A DNA stretch of 64,000 nt from Candidatus Krumholzibacteriota bacterium (GTDB lineage: Bacteria > Krumholzibacteriota > Krumholzibacteriia > JAJRXK01). The notes below the pieces were generated by a model. The model did not search any database. It was not told where the DNA came from and saw only the letters and a program-made list of their open reading frames with translations. This document shows positions 9,807 to 19,051 of this stretch, one piece after another. Position numbers and translations under genes: made by a program. The stretch covers positions 438,377 through 502,376 of the forward strand of contig CAVSGG010000008.1 in NCBI GenBank assembly GCA_963727455.1, given 5' to 3'. Each line of letters begins with the position of its first letter. Position 1 is the stretch's first letter.

Positions 9807-10943
9807 ATGTCCAAACCCATCTCCGTTCTCCACCTCGACGACGCGCGCACCTGGCGAGGTGGTCAGCAGCAGGTGCTGTATCTCCATCGCGGACTTCTGG
9901 AGAAGGGCATCGACTCCACCGTGGTCACGCCCGAAGGCAGCGCACTGGCCCGGCGTTGTAGGCGAGAGGAACTTCCGTTGTGGACGCTCCCGCTACGGGG
10001 CATTCGTTCTCTTGGCTCGATCGGGAGACTCGCCAGCAAGGCCGAGAGCGAGAATGCCATTCTCCACAGTCACACCGCACACACGCATACCACCGCTCTC
10101 TTGTGCTGCTATCTCAAACCCCAGCTCAAGCTGGTCGTTTCCCGACGGGTCGACTTCGTGCCCTCCGCCACGCGTTTGAATCGCTGGAAATATCGCAACG
10201 CGCGGGTGGACCGCTATCTGGCGATCAGTTCCGGGGTGGAGCGAGTCCTGCTCTCGAGCGGGGTGCCGAAGGAGCGCATTGCGAGAGTTCCTAGCGGTAT
10301 CGATCTGGCGCGATTCGAAGACCTCTCCCCGGACCGCGCATGGCGCGAGAGCCTGGATCTTCCGCCGGGGCGCAAACTCGTGGGCAGCATCGCGGCGCTG
10401 GCTCCACACAAGGACCAGCCGACTCTGCTACGCGCCTTCGCGCGTTTGCTTCGCATGGGGATCGACGCGCAGCTCATCATCTTCGGTGAGGGCAGTGAGC
10501 GCGCGCGTCTCGAAGAGCTACGGGGGCAACTCGGACTCGCAGAACGAGTTCTTCTTCCGGGTTTCGTCGCGGAGCCCTTGCCTCGCGCGGCTTGCTTCGA
10601 TCTCTTCGTGCTGAGTTCCGCCGAGGAAGGTTTGGGTACCGCGATCCTCGACGCGATGGCCATGCGACAAGCGGTGGTGGCGACGGCTGCCGGTGGCATT
10701 CCCGACGCGGTGGCGGACCGCGAGACCGGCCGTCTCGTACCGCCCAAGGATGTGGAGGGGCTGGCCCAGGCGATGGCGGCCCTGCTGAGAGATCCCGAGC
10801 TTACGCGCCGCTATGGGCAAGCCGGCCGAAAGCGGGTTGAGGAACACTTCGAGGTCCACCGCACGGTGGAGCTGACCCTTTCGGCCTATCGGGATCTCGC
10901 GAAGCCCTCGCTTGCCGAGTCCCCGGCAAGTTCTCGATATTGA
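9807..10943 (+). CDS. Glycosyltransferase family 4
   Basis: WRGGQQQV, HKDQ, EGLGTAILDAMA, GGIPD. Confidence 0.92.
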   Translation: MSKPISVLHLDDARTWRGGQQQVLYLHRGLLEKGIDSTVVTPEGSALARRCRREELPLWTLPLRGIRSLGSIGRLASKAESENAILHSHTAHTHTTALLCCYLKPQLKLVVSRRVDFVPSATRLNRWKYRNARVDRYLAISSGVERVLLSSGVPKERIARVPSGIDLARFEDLSPDRAWRESLDLPPGRKLVGSIAALAPHKDQPTLLRAFARLLRMGIDAQLIIFGEGSERARLEELRGQLGLAERVLLPGFVAEPLPRAACFDLFVLSSAEEGLGTAILDAMAMRQAVVATAAGGIPDAVADRETGRLVPPKDVEGLAQAMAALLRDPELTRRYGQAGRKRVEEHFEVHRTVELTLSAYRDLAKPSLAESPASSRY

Positions 10944-10949
10944 GGCTCC

Positions 10950-13067
10950 ATGGAATTCGAAACCCGAAGAGCCTCCTCCTCCGCCAACCATCCGCACTCC
11001 CTGCGCGGTGCGTTCGTCTTCGGTTTGCTGTGCGGCATCGTCGCGCTGCTCTTCGAACTGCGCGTTCGCGCGCAGGGTCTCGACTTTCTCCAGGATGGGA
11101 TTTGGCTTCTCTCCGGGTCGATCCTGCATGGTGGAGGGGCGCTGTATCGTGAGATCGTCACGCGCGAGGGACCCTTCGACGCCGAAATTCTGCGCGCGGT
11201 TTTTTTCTTTTTGGGAGAGAAGGCGGCGGCTCTCGCCGTTCTGAAGGCCCTGGTCGATGCGTTCGCCGCGGCCCTCAGTTCGGCCTGGGCCTTCAAAGAG
11301 GGTAGAAGGGGCCTCGCCTGGCTCGCGCCCTTGGGAATCCTGACTCTGGCGCCATTTCCCCCGCGCTACCTCGTGCTCGGCGTGGCCGCCGCCCTCCTCA
11401 CGGGGGCAATCACGCGAGCAAGGGCGGGAGAGTCGGCGCGGACGAGCTTCTCGACCCGCCTGCCCGTTCTCTTCTGCGCCAGCGGGTTCTTCCTGGCTCT
11501 CGCCACGCTGAGTGGCGTGGATGGACTTCTTCTGGCCCTTCTCTTGGGAGGAGGAACTCTCAGCGCCCTTCCGCGCGAGACCCCGCCGCTTCGAGCTCGC
11601 GCCAGAGCCTGGCTCTGGCTCGGCGCCGCGATTCCTTTGATCGGAGTGCTACTCGGCGGCGTGTTGAAGGGCAATTTGCTGAAGGGCTTCGATCAAGTGC
11701 TGCTGGCGGGTTTCAGCGAATCGATGCATCTGATCGCGAACTTCTCACCGGGAAAGTGGTGGCACGGGCTGTGGGATGCGCGCTTTGCACTTTCGCCCTT
11801 CAAGAGTTTGATGACCGGAGAGAGTCTGCACGAGTTGTTCCCCTCCGCTCCCATCTTGAGGGTGCTCTCTTTTCGGCTGCAAAATCTGCTGCTCTTCTTC
11901 GTTCTGGCGTGGGCCTGGTCGCGACCCTCGTTTCGACGCGCGCGCATGCGCCCACTGATGATTCTCGCCACCGCTCCGCTCGTGGGAACGATCTTCCACG
12001 GCAATGCCATGTACTCTCACCGTGCCTGGCTCGCGGTCGCGATTCTCCTACCTCTTCTCTTGAGCGAGCTGCGAAAGCCGAGCCTTCGCGCCGGCGCAGC
12101 GGCGGGAGTCGTCCTTCTAGCCTGGTCGCTTCCCATCATGGAAAACACCTGGCTGGCCACGCATATGCAGCGCGAGGATCTCAGATGGTGGCATCGTCCA
12201 CGCACCGGGATCGCGCTGGACACACAGCAGGTAAGCAAGCTCGATGCGTTGTTTGCTCTCCTGAAAGCTGAGAGTGGCGACAAGCAAGAACCCCTCTTGG
12301 TCTGGCCCAAATCCCCCGCGATCAACTTTCTGATGGATGCTCCGCTCGCGCTTCCTCAGGCGGTCCTTCTGCCCGGACGAGTCCGGCACGAAGAGCGGCT
12401 GGCTCCACAGCTTGAGCAATCGGCGCCGCGACACATCTTGCTCGGGCTTTCCTGGAACTACACCGGGGAACAGATCGAAGAGCTAGCTCCGGGATGCTGG
12501 GACTTCATGCGCCAAAACTACCGCGTTCTGGGAAGCGTGATTGGCCCCGATCTCAGGTTTCGCGTTCTTCAGCACCTAGGGCCCGACGAGAAGCTCGAGG
12601 AACTCACGCTTCCGCAACGTCTTCCCGACGTGGAACAGAGCGTGGGGAATGGGGTGAGTCCCGCCCTCCGGACGAAGTTCGAGATCGGCCAGAGCTTCCG
12701 CGTGGGTCCTCGCGATCTGGAAGGTTTCGCGGTGCGGTGGCGCACCGAGGCGGACTCCTTGACGGTGGGCCTGCGCATTCGCATCTGGAAGTGGGAGAAG
12801 AACGGGTGGAATCGGCTCATGGAGACCTACGAGCTCGACGTGCCGATTCGCGGGAATTTGGATCGCAGCTTCCTCCGCTTCGGACCGGTGGAAGATTCGG
12901 CGGAACAGCTCGTGGCCGTCACCTTCGAGTTGAAGAAGGACCCCGGACCCGAGTTGCGCCTCGTCTGGCACGACGAGAAGAATGGGGCGCCGGACCTCTA
13001 CCCCGAGGGCGCCGCTCTGGTCGAACTCGAGCCACGAGACGCCGACTTGTACTTTTTCAGTTGGTAG
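10950..13067 (+). CDS. Large polytopic membrane protein with a periplasmic C-terminal domain (GT-C-like)
   Basis: QDG..L.G..LYRE..GP N-terminal loop, about 10 hydrophobic segments, beta-rich C-terminus. Confidence 0.55.
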   Translation: MEFETRRASSSANHPHSLRGAFVFGLLCGIVALLFELRVRAQGLDFLQDGIWLLSGSILHGGGALYREIVTREGPFDAEILRAVFFFLGEKAAALAVLKALVDAFAAALSSAWAFKEGRRGLAWLAPLGILTLAPFPPRYLVLGVAAALLTGAITRARAGESARTSFSTRLPVLFCASGFFLALATLSGVDGLLLALLLGGGTLSALPRETPPLRARARAWLWLGAAIPLIGVLLGGVLKGNLLKGFDQVLLAGFSESMHLIANFSPGKWWHGLWDARFALSPFKSLMTGESLHELFPSAPILRVLSFRLQNLLLFFVLAWAWSRPSFRRARMRPLMILATAPLVGTIFHGNAMYSHRAWLAVAILLPLLLSELRKPSLRAGAAAGVVLLAWSLPIMENTWLATHMQREDLRWWHRPRTGIALDTQQVSKLDALFALLKAESGDKQEPLLVWPKSPAINFLMDAPLALPQAVLLPGRVRHEERLAPQLEQSAPRHILLGLSWNYTGEQIEELAPGCWDFMRQNYRVLGSVIGPDLRFRVLQHLGPDEKLEELTLPQRLPDVEQSVGNGVSPALRTKFEIGQSFRVGPRDLEGFAVRWRTEADSLTVGLRIRIWKWEKNGWNRLMETYELDVPIRGNLDRSFLRFGPVEDSAEQLVAVTFELKKDPGPELRLVWHDEKNGAPDLYPEGAALVELEPRDADLYFFSW

Positions 13068-13106
13068 TTGGTCTCAGCTCACGGTAGGGAACTGCCGCGA
13101 GCATTC

Positions 13107-14111
13107 TCAGCCTTGCAGGTTTACCGCACCCTCGGTGCGCCCTTCCCGGAGGAATTCGACGATCAGACGAGCCGCAGCGAGACCGACTTTCGTCTTGGCT
13201 TCGCGGGTGGAAGCTCCAAGGTGTGGAGTGTGAACGACCTGTTCCATGGACAGGAGGGGATGGCCGGTGGTCGGCGGCTCCTCTTCATAGACGTCCAGAG
13301 CGGCCCCCGCCAAATGTCCCGAATGCAGTGCCTGGGTCAGGGCGGATTCCTCCACGAGACCGCCGCGCGCGCAATTCACCAGCAGCGCACCTTCTTGCAT
13401 GAGCGCGATCTCTTTCGCGCCGATGAGCCCGCGCGTATCCTCGCTGAGCGGAAGATGGAGCGTGACGATATCGGCACGGCGCAAAAGCTCGTGCAGCGGC
13501 AGTTTCGTGAATCCCTCTCTCTCCGCCCTCTCCTCGGTGAGGAAAGGATCGTGCGCCAGGATGTCCATTTCGAAGGCCTTGGCTCTCTGGGCCACGAGCG
13601 TTCCGATGCGGCCGACGCCGATTACTCCCAGCTTCTTTTCCGCCAACTCGATACCCACGTAACGCTGGCGTTCCCATTCGCCCTTCGACAGCGCCACGTG
13701 CCCCAATACGAGCTTGCGCACCAGGGCCAAAAGTAGCGCGAAGGTCAGCTCGGCCGCCGCGACTGCGTTGCCACCCGGTGTATTGAAAACTACGATTCCG
13801 CGACGAGAGGCTTCTTCGAGATCGATCTTGTCCAAGCCCACGCCGGCTCGTGCGATCGCGCGCAGAGCCGGGGCCGCGTCGAGGAGTTCGCGATCGACGC
13901 GCGTACCGCTACGCACCAGAATCGCACTGGCCTCACGCAAGGCCTCTTGGCGATCGCGCGGCGAGAACTTCGCGGCGTCGATCACCGACAGCCCTCTCTC
14001 GCGCAAGAACTCGAGTCCTTCCGCCGCAATGGAATCCATTGCCACCACGGGTCCGAAATTCCCATCCGAGCTTCCTTCGCCAGCTTGCGCTCCCGCGCCT
14101 CGCGCCTTCAT
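13107..14111 (-). CDS. serA: D-3-phosphoglycerate dehydrogenase-like D-2-hydroxyacid dehydrogenase (short form, no ACT domain)
   Basis: RAGVGLDKID, GVGRIG, NCARGG, DVYEEEP, TPHLGAST; ATGA overlap with the upstream aminotransferase at 14108-14111. Confidence 0.8.
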   Translation of the reverse strand: MKARGAGAQAGEGSSDGNFGPVVAMDSIAAEGLEFLRERGLSVIDAAKFSPRDRQEALREASAILVRSGTRVDRELLDAAPALRAIARAGVGLDKIDLEEASRRGIVVFNTPGGNAVAAAELTFALLLALVRKLVLGHVALSKGEWERQRYVGIELAEKKLGVIGVGRIGTLVAQRAKAFEMDILAHDPFLTEERAEREGFTKLPLHELLRRADIVTLHLPLSEDTRGLIGAKEIALMQEGALLVNCARGGLVEESALTQALHSGHLAGAALDVYEEEPPTTGHPLLSMEQVVHTPHLGASTREAKTKVGLAAARLIVEFLREGRTEGAVNLQG

Positions 14112-15202
14112 GAGCCACTCCGCAACTTTTGCCACTCTTCGTCCAGCACGGTCAGACATTCCTCCAGAAGCTCTGGGTCGATCTCGCCCATGTGACCCAC
14201 GCGGAACACCCGCGATTTGGTTTCACCGTATCCGGCTCCCACCACGAACCCGCGTTCCCGGCAGGCCTGCAGCCACTTCGCTACATCCACCGAATCCAAA
14301 GCGAGCGCGGTGAGAGTGGGAGAACGATAGCCCTCGCGCGCAAAGGGCGCGAAGCGGCCGGCGGCCCATGAGAGAACTCGATCTCTCATGGCGACATGGC
14401 GCTGGTAGCGGCGCTGCAGGCCCTCACTCTCCATATGTGCGAGTGCGGCACGAAGCTGAAAAAGCAGCGCGATGGGCGGAGTGTTGGGAGTCTGCCACGA
14501 GTCCATCTTGCGCCGGTGCAGACACCAATCGAAGTACATGCCTTTGCCCCGCGCGGTCTCGCTCTCCTTCAATACGCGCTCGGAAACACTAACCAGCGTC
14601 AGACCCGGCGGAAGCGCCCAGGCCTTTTGCGTTCCCGCGAGGCAGAGATCCACTCCCCACTCGTCCAAGCGCAATTCGACCGCGGCCATGGAAGACACGG
14701 TATCGACCAGCAGGAGAGCATCGCTTTCCTCGCGCACGACTTTGGCAATTTCTTGCAGCGGGTTCAAAATGCCGGTCGAGGTCTCGTTGTGCACGAGCGT
14801 CACCGCACGATAGCGTCTGGTGCGCAACGCTCTCCGCACCTGTTCGGGTTCGACGGGCTCTCCCCACTCCACCACCATCTCGTCCCCTTCCACATCGCAG
14901 GCCGCGCGCAACTTCGACCAGCGCTTGGAGAAAGCCCCGCAAACTAGATGGAGCACCGGTCCCTCGACGAGATTACGGATGGCGCCTTCCATCGCTCCCG
15001 TGGCCGAGGAGCAGAGGGGAAAGACCGAGCCCTCGGTGGCCAGAACTTTGGCGACCTTGCTCATCGTCTCCTTCAAGAGGACCGAAATTTCCGGGCCACG
15101 GTGACCGATCATGGGAAGCGTGCCCGCCTGGGCGACCTCCGGAAGTACTTCGGTCGGTCCGGGCAAGAACAGCAATGGATGGTCGCGACGGATCGAACTC
15201 AT
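14108..15202 (-). CDS. Class V PLP aminotransferase (alanine-glyoxylate/serine-pyruvate family)
   Basis: FLPGPT, HNETSTG, DTVSS, GTQKAWALPPG, FRVGHMG. Confidence 0.9.
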   Translation of the reverse strand: MSSIRRDHPLLFLPGPTEVLPEVAQAGTLPMIGHRGPEISVLLKETMSKVAKVLATEGSVFPLCSSATGAMEGAIRNLVEGPVLHLVCGAFSKRWSKLRAACDVEGDEMVVEWGEPVEPEQVRRALRTRRYRAVTLVHNETSTGILNPLQEIAKVVREESDALLLVDTVSSMAAVELRLDEWGVDLCLAGTQKAWALPPGLTLVSVSERVLKESETARGKGMYFDWCLHRRKMDSWQTPNTPPIALLFQLRAALAHMESEGLQRRYQRHVAMRDRVLSWAAGRFAPFAREGYRSPTLTALALDSVDVAKWLQACRERGFVVGAGYGETKSRVFRVGHMGEIDPELLEECLTVLDEEWQKLRSGS

Positions 15203-15203
15203 T

Positions 15204-15956
15204 TCAATTCCCCTTGTCTCGCAGAGTGGCAAGGGCGGCCGAAAGTCGCTTCTGCGTTTGCGGCCGGAACCAGAGACGAATCCACGCCTCGTCTTCCAGG
15301 TGCGCCGCGTTCATGGCGTCCAGAGTGGGCGCTTTCAATCGTGACTTGATCTCCGCGAAAGCGGTGAGTGAACTCGTCCAGCGTTCCACCGACAGAATCG
15401 AGTGATCGATGAGTTGTTTCGGTTCCACGAGTACGTCGAGAATCCCCATGTCGAAGGCCTTGAAGGCGGGATACACCATGCCCCCGTACATCAGTTTTTC
15501 CAGTAGGGGCCGATCGAGGGTGTAGCGTCCCATCTCGACCAGGCTGGGCGGCACCGCGAGGCCGAGCGCACTCTCGTTCAAGCCGAACTTGCCCTCTCCC
15601 TGCGCCATCACTCGCAGGTCGCACGCGAGGGCCAAGAGTGCGCCCCCGGCTATCGCGTGGCCGTTGATGGCGGCGATGACGGGACGGGGAAAGGCGAAGA
15701 GCTGACGGCAGACTCCATAGAGCTGATGCAGCAAGCGGCGGATCGCCACTCGATCCAATTTCATCATCTGCTCCAGATCGAGGCCGGCGCAGAAAATGGA
15801 ATCGGTGCCGGTGAGCACCAGGCCGCGCGGTAGATCGCGCCGGGCGGCGTCGAGTTGTTCTTGAATCGCGGCGAGAAACTCCAAGGAGAGCGCGTTCCCG
15901 TGACCACGCTCCATGCGGAGGATGCCAACCCCATCCCGTGTTTCGCAGGAAATCAT
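15204..15956 (-). CDS. Enoyl-CoA hydratase/isomerase
   Basis: FCAGLDL, AAINGHAIAGG, ACDLR, GLNE. Confidence 0.9.
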   Translation of the reverse strand: MISCETRDGVGILRMERGHGNALSLEFLAAIQEQLDAARRDLPRGLVLTGTDSIFCAGLDLEQMMKLDRVAIRRLLHQLYGVCRQLFAFPRPVIAAINGHAIAGGALLALACDLRVMAQGEGKFGLNESALGLAVPPSLVEMGRYTLDRPLLEKLMYGGMVYPAFKAFDMGILDVLVEPKQLIDHSILSVERWTSSLTAFAEIKSRLKAPTLDAMNAAHLEDEAWIRLWFRPQTQKRLSAALATLRDKGN

Positions 15957-16019
15957 TTCTCTCCATCTGGAAGCGGCCGCGGGATATTCCAGGGCAACCC
16001 GGCGGCCAGGCGTAAAATC

Positions 16020-16841
16020 TTAGGCAAGCTCTCCGGGCTTTTTGCCCTCGCCACGCGTCAACGCATCGCGCGCTTGCAGGAGCTTGGCACGAGTGCGCTG
16101 TGAAAACCACTGATCGAGCCAGGACTCAGCGGCCTCCGATGTGCTGCGAGCCAGACGCTCACCGGCCCGACGGAGCACGCTGGCCTTGGCCAAGCTGAAG
16201 CCCGCGAGAGAGGGGGAAGCCAAACTTCGCGCGCAAGCCACGGCCTCCTGCTCCACTTCCTCCGCGGGTACGACCGTGTCCACGAGACCGCGCAGAAGTG
16301 CGTCCTGCGGCTCGTAGATGCGTCCCTCGTAGAGCAGTTCCTCGACGAGTCGCCGCGGCCATGCGTCGCGCAACACCTCGATGGCGATCTCGGGGTACGA
16401 GACCCCCAGGTGGATGCCGTGAATACCGAAACGACAGCCTCGATCGGCCAGGATACGCCGATCGCAACAAAGCGCCAGCAGGGCCCCACCCGCCAGGGCA
16501 TGGCCAGCGACCGCCGCCACCACTGGAGCGGGGTGAAGATAACAGGCCGCAAGCGCCTCCTCAAACGCTCTCATCAGCCGCGCCATGCCCGTCCGATCCA
16601 GATCGATGGCAAACTCCAGATCGAGTCCGGTGCAGAAAGAGCGGCTTTCGGAGGCCAATACGATCGGTTTGGGATCTTCGGCCGCTCGGCGGAACGCGCG
16701 CGCCATTTCGTTGAGACTTTTCTCATCGAGCGCGTTCCCACGGCCCCGATGGAGCTGCCATAGCTCTATCCCCTCGAACTCGCGAACTCTCAGCAGGCCG
16801 CGTTCCTCCCTCGCACTCTCTTCCGCGTGTCCACCGGCCAT
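16020..16841 (-). CDS. Enoyl-CoA hydratase/isomerase paralogue
   Basis: FCTGLDL, AAVAGHALAGG, CCDRR. Start trimmed because the ORF extension to 18335 is antisense to the DUF4097 gene. Confidence 0.85.
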   Translation of the reverse strand: MAGGHAEESAREERGLLRVREFEGIELWQLHRGRGNALDEKSLNEMARAFRRAAEDPKPIVLASESRSFCTGLDLEFAIDLDRTGMARLMRAFEEALAACYLHPAPVVAAVAGHALAGGALLALCCDRRILADRGCRFGIHGIHLGVSYPEIAIEVLRDAWPRRLVEELLYEGRIYEPQDALLRGLVDTVVPAEEVEQEAVACARSLASPSLAGFSLAKASVLRRAGERLARSTSEAAESWLDQWFSQRTRAKLLQARDALTRGEGKKPGELA

Positions 16842-16952
16842 CTGTGCCTGTTCCTCCACCGTGCAACCATTCGCTCCTGCGATGCGTCCAACCCTGAGAA
16901 CTAGAGCGGGCGAGTCCATGCTGCCCGCCCCCTCTTCCCCGGGAGATTTGGC

Positions 16953-18044
16953 ATGTCCAACCAGAATACCCGTCTCGTCAGGCTTTCGCTGCTCTTCCTT
17001 CTCGGTGCCACGCTGGTGGGCGCCCCCCTTTCCGCGTGGGCGGAGTTCCAGAAGGAACTGAGCGTAAAAGGAGAGCGGCTGGTCCTCAGCAATTTGATCG
17101 GAAAGATACAGCTCGTGGGCACCGAGGGCAGCGAATTCAAAATTCACCTCGAAGTCCACGGAGAAGATGCCAGCGAGGATCTCATCCAATTGAAGAGCGA
17201 AATCGAAGGGGACGAAGCACAGGTGCTCGTGCAGTTCCCCATCGACAAGGAAAGGGACTACGTCTACCCCGCCCTCGGCAAACACTCCCACACGCGCTTT
17301 TCCGCTCGGCTGGGTTCCAAGATCCACCGCAGCTGGTTCAGCAAACTGCTCGGCTCCTCGGAGAGGATTGAAGTTCGTGGTTCGGGCAAGGGCTTGAGGC
17401 TCTGGGCCGATCTCCGCATCGAAGTGCCAAAGGGCAAGGACAGCGAGATCTATCTGGGATGCGGCACCATTGACGCGAGCGATGTCGCGGCGAACTTGAA
17501 GCTGGACACCCAATCCGGTCCCGTCACCGCGAAGAAAATTCGCGGGGACCTTCTCGTCGATACCGGCAGCGGTCATGTCTCGATCGAGGATGTCGAGGGG
17601 AAAGTGAACCTCGACACCGGCAGCGGCAACGTGAAAGTCACCGGAGTGACGGGTGATCTTCTCGCCGACACCGGCAGCGGATACGTCGAACTCAATTCGA
17701 TTGAAGCCGACAGGGTGGACATCGACACCGGCAGCGGTGGAGTGCGTCTCGATACCATTCAAGCCAGAGATCTTAAAGCCGATACGGGCTCGGGAGAGGT
17801 GGTTTGCCGCAACGTACTCTGTGAAAGCCTGCTGGTAGACACCGGGAGCGGGGGGATCGAGCTCATCCTGCCCAAAGAGAGTTCCGCGCGCATCGAGGTC
17901 GACACCGGCAGCGGTGGGATCGACATCGATTTCGAGGGCGCCAGGATCGAGAAACGATCGAAGGATTACGCTCTGTTGACGGTCGGAGCAGGCAAGGGAC
18001 GTTACAGCTTGGATACGGGCAGCGGAGAGATCCACATCCGCTAG
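16953..18044 (+). CDS. Secreted DUF4097/putative adhesin beta-strand repeat protein
   Basis: Signal peptide; about 8 D-T-G-S-G repeats spaced 18-21 aa apart. Confidence 0.85.
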   Translation: MSNQNTRLVRLSLLFLLGATLVGAPLSAWAEFQKELSVKGERLVLSNLIGKIQLVGTEGSEFKIHLEVHGEDASEDLIQLKSEIEGDEAQVLVQFPIDKERDYVYPALGKHSHTRFSARLGSKIHRSWFSKLLGSSERIEVRGSGKGLRLWADLRIEVPKGKDSEIYLGCGTIDASDVAANLKLDTQSGPVTAKKIRGDLLVDTGSGHVSIEDVEGKVNLDTGSGNVKVTGVTGDLLADTGSGYVELNSIEADRVDIDTGSGGVRLDTIQARDLKADTGSGEVVCRNVLCESLLVDTGSGGIELILPKESSARIEVDTGSGGIDIDFEGARIEKRSKDYALLTVGAGKGRYSLDTGSGEIHIR

Positions 18045-19051
18045 TCGTCCTGCGAAGAAATCCTCAGCAAGGCGAGCCGTTCGTGCCGGTCGCTGACGTT
18101 CGTGTAGGCCTGTGCCGCCTCCTCGAAGGGATAGACGCGACTCACGACCTCCGTGGGATCGAAGAGCTCCGCGGCGAGAATGTTGAGGACTGGCTCCAGG
18201 GGACCCTGGCGCAGACCGAACACCCGGATGCTCTTGTCCAGGACCAAGGTCAAAGAACGCGGCACTCCGTCGTGGCATGAACTCATCATGAAGATGGTAC
18301 CGCCGGGACATACCAGATGCGTCGCGGCCTTCCACCCGCCCGACTGGCCGGTTGCCTCGAAGATGAAGGGATAGCTCGCGAGCGCGGGGCCGAACCGCCC
18401 GGGACGAACTCCGTTCATCTCGTCTTCGTCGGTCGCCAAATTGAAGTGAATCCCGTGGCGCCGAATGAGGTCGAAACGATCTCCGTGCTTGCCGCGTAGC
18501 GTGACGGTATATCCTGCCGAAGCGAGCGACAGCGCGACCAGCATGCCGATCCCGCCATCTCCCACCACCAGAACATTTGTCCAGCGCGGGAGTTGTCCGC
18601 GAGTCAAGGATTCGTAAATGGCGGCGATGAGGGGCGAAAGCACCGCGGCCTCGTCCTTCACTCCGCGAGGAACGACAGCGACCGCTCTCCGAGGCAGGTG
18701 GACGTACTCGGCCTGTCCCCCTGCCGCTCCGAAGAGTCCGGGGCGCACCCGGTCACGGCAACGCTCGTCGTGTCCCAGACGACACGCGTCGCACATTCCA
18801 CAGCCGTAAATCGAGCGTCCCACCACGCGGGAGCCCACGAGTGCGCGCCCTTCCTCGGATCGACTCTCCTCAACTTTGCCCACGAAGCAGGTTCCTGGAA
18901 TCCCAGTGTAGGGCCGGCGTCCGGAGACAACATCGACGTCGAGTCCGGTGATCGCGCTCATGAGAACCCTGATCCTCAGATTCCCTTCGGTGAGCCCCGG
19001 CTCGTTCATTTCGGTGAGCGTGAGCTCTCTGTCCATCAAGAGACTCTTCAC
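18041..19051 (-). CDS. Medium-chain dehydrogenase (Zn-ADH fold) with a degenerate catalytic Zn site
   Basis: Structural Zn lobe CGMCDACRLGHDERC; VGDGGIG; GTG start overlaps the upstream TGA. Confidence 0.8.
   Translation of the reverse strand: MKSLLMDRELTLTEMNEPGLTEGNLRIRVLMSAITGLDVDVVSGRRPYTGIPGTCFVGKVEESRSEEGRALVGSRVVGRSIYGCGMCDACRLGHDERCRDRVRPGLFGAAGGQAEYVHLPRRAVAVVPRGVKDEAAVLSPLIAAIYESLTRGQLPRWTNVLVVGDGGIGMLVALSLASAGYTVTLRGKHGDRFDLIRRHGIHFNLATDEDEMNGVRPGRFGPALASYPFIFEATGQSGGWKAATHLVCPGGTIFMMSSCHDGVPRSLTLVLDKSIRVFGLRQGPLEPVLNILAAELFDPTEVVSRVYPFEEAAQAYTNVSDRHERLALLRISSQDD

Noticed and set aside
17559-18025. Regularly spaced GACACCGGCAGCGG repeats resembling a CRISPR-like array
   Set aside because: They are in-frame codons for the DTGSG repeats of the DUF4097 protein, vary at synonymous positions, and no cas genes are nearby.
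16842-18335. Apparent 771-aa enoyl-CoA hydratase fusion
   Set aside because: The N-terminal extension is the reverse complement of the DUF4097 gene.
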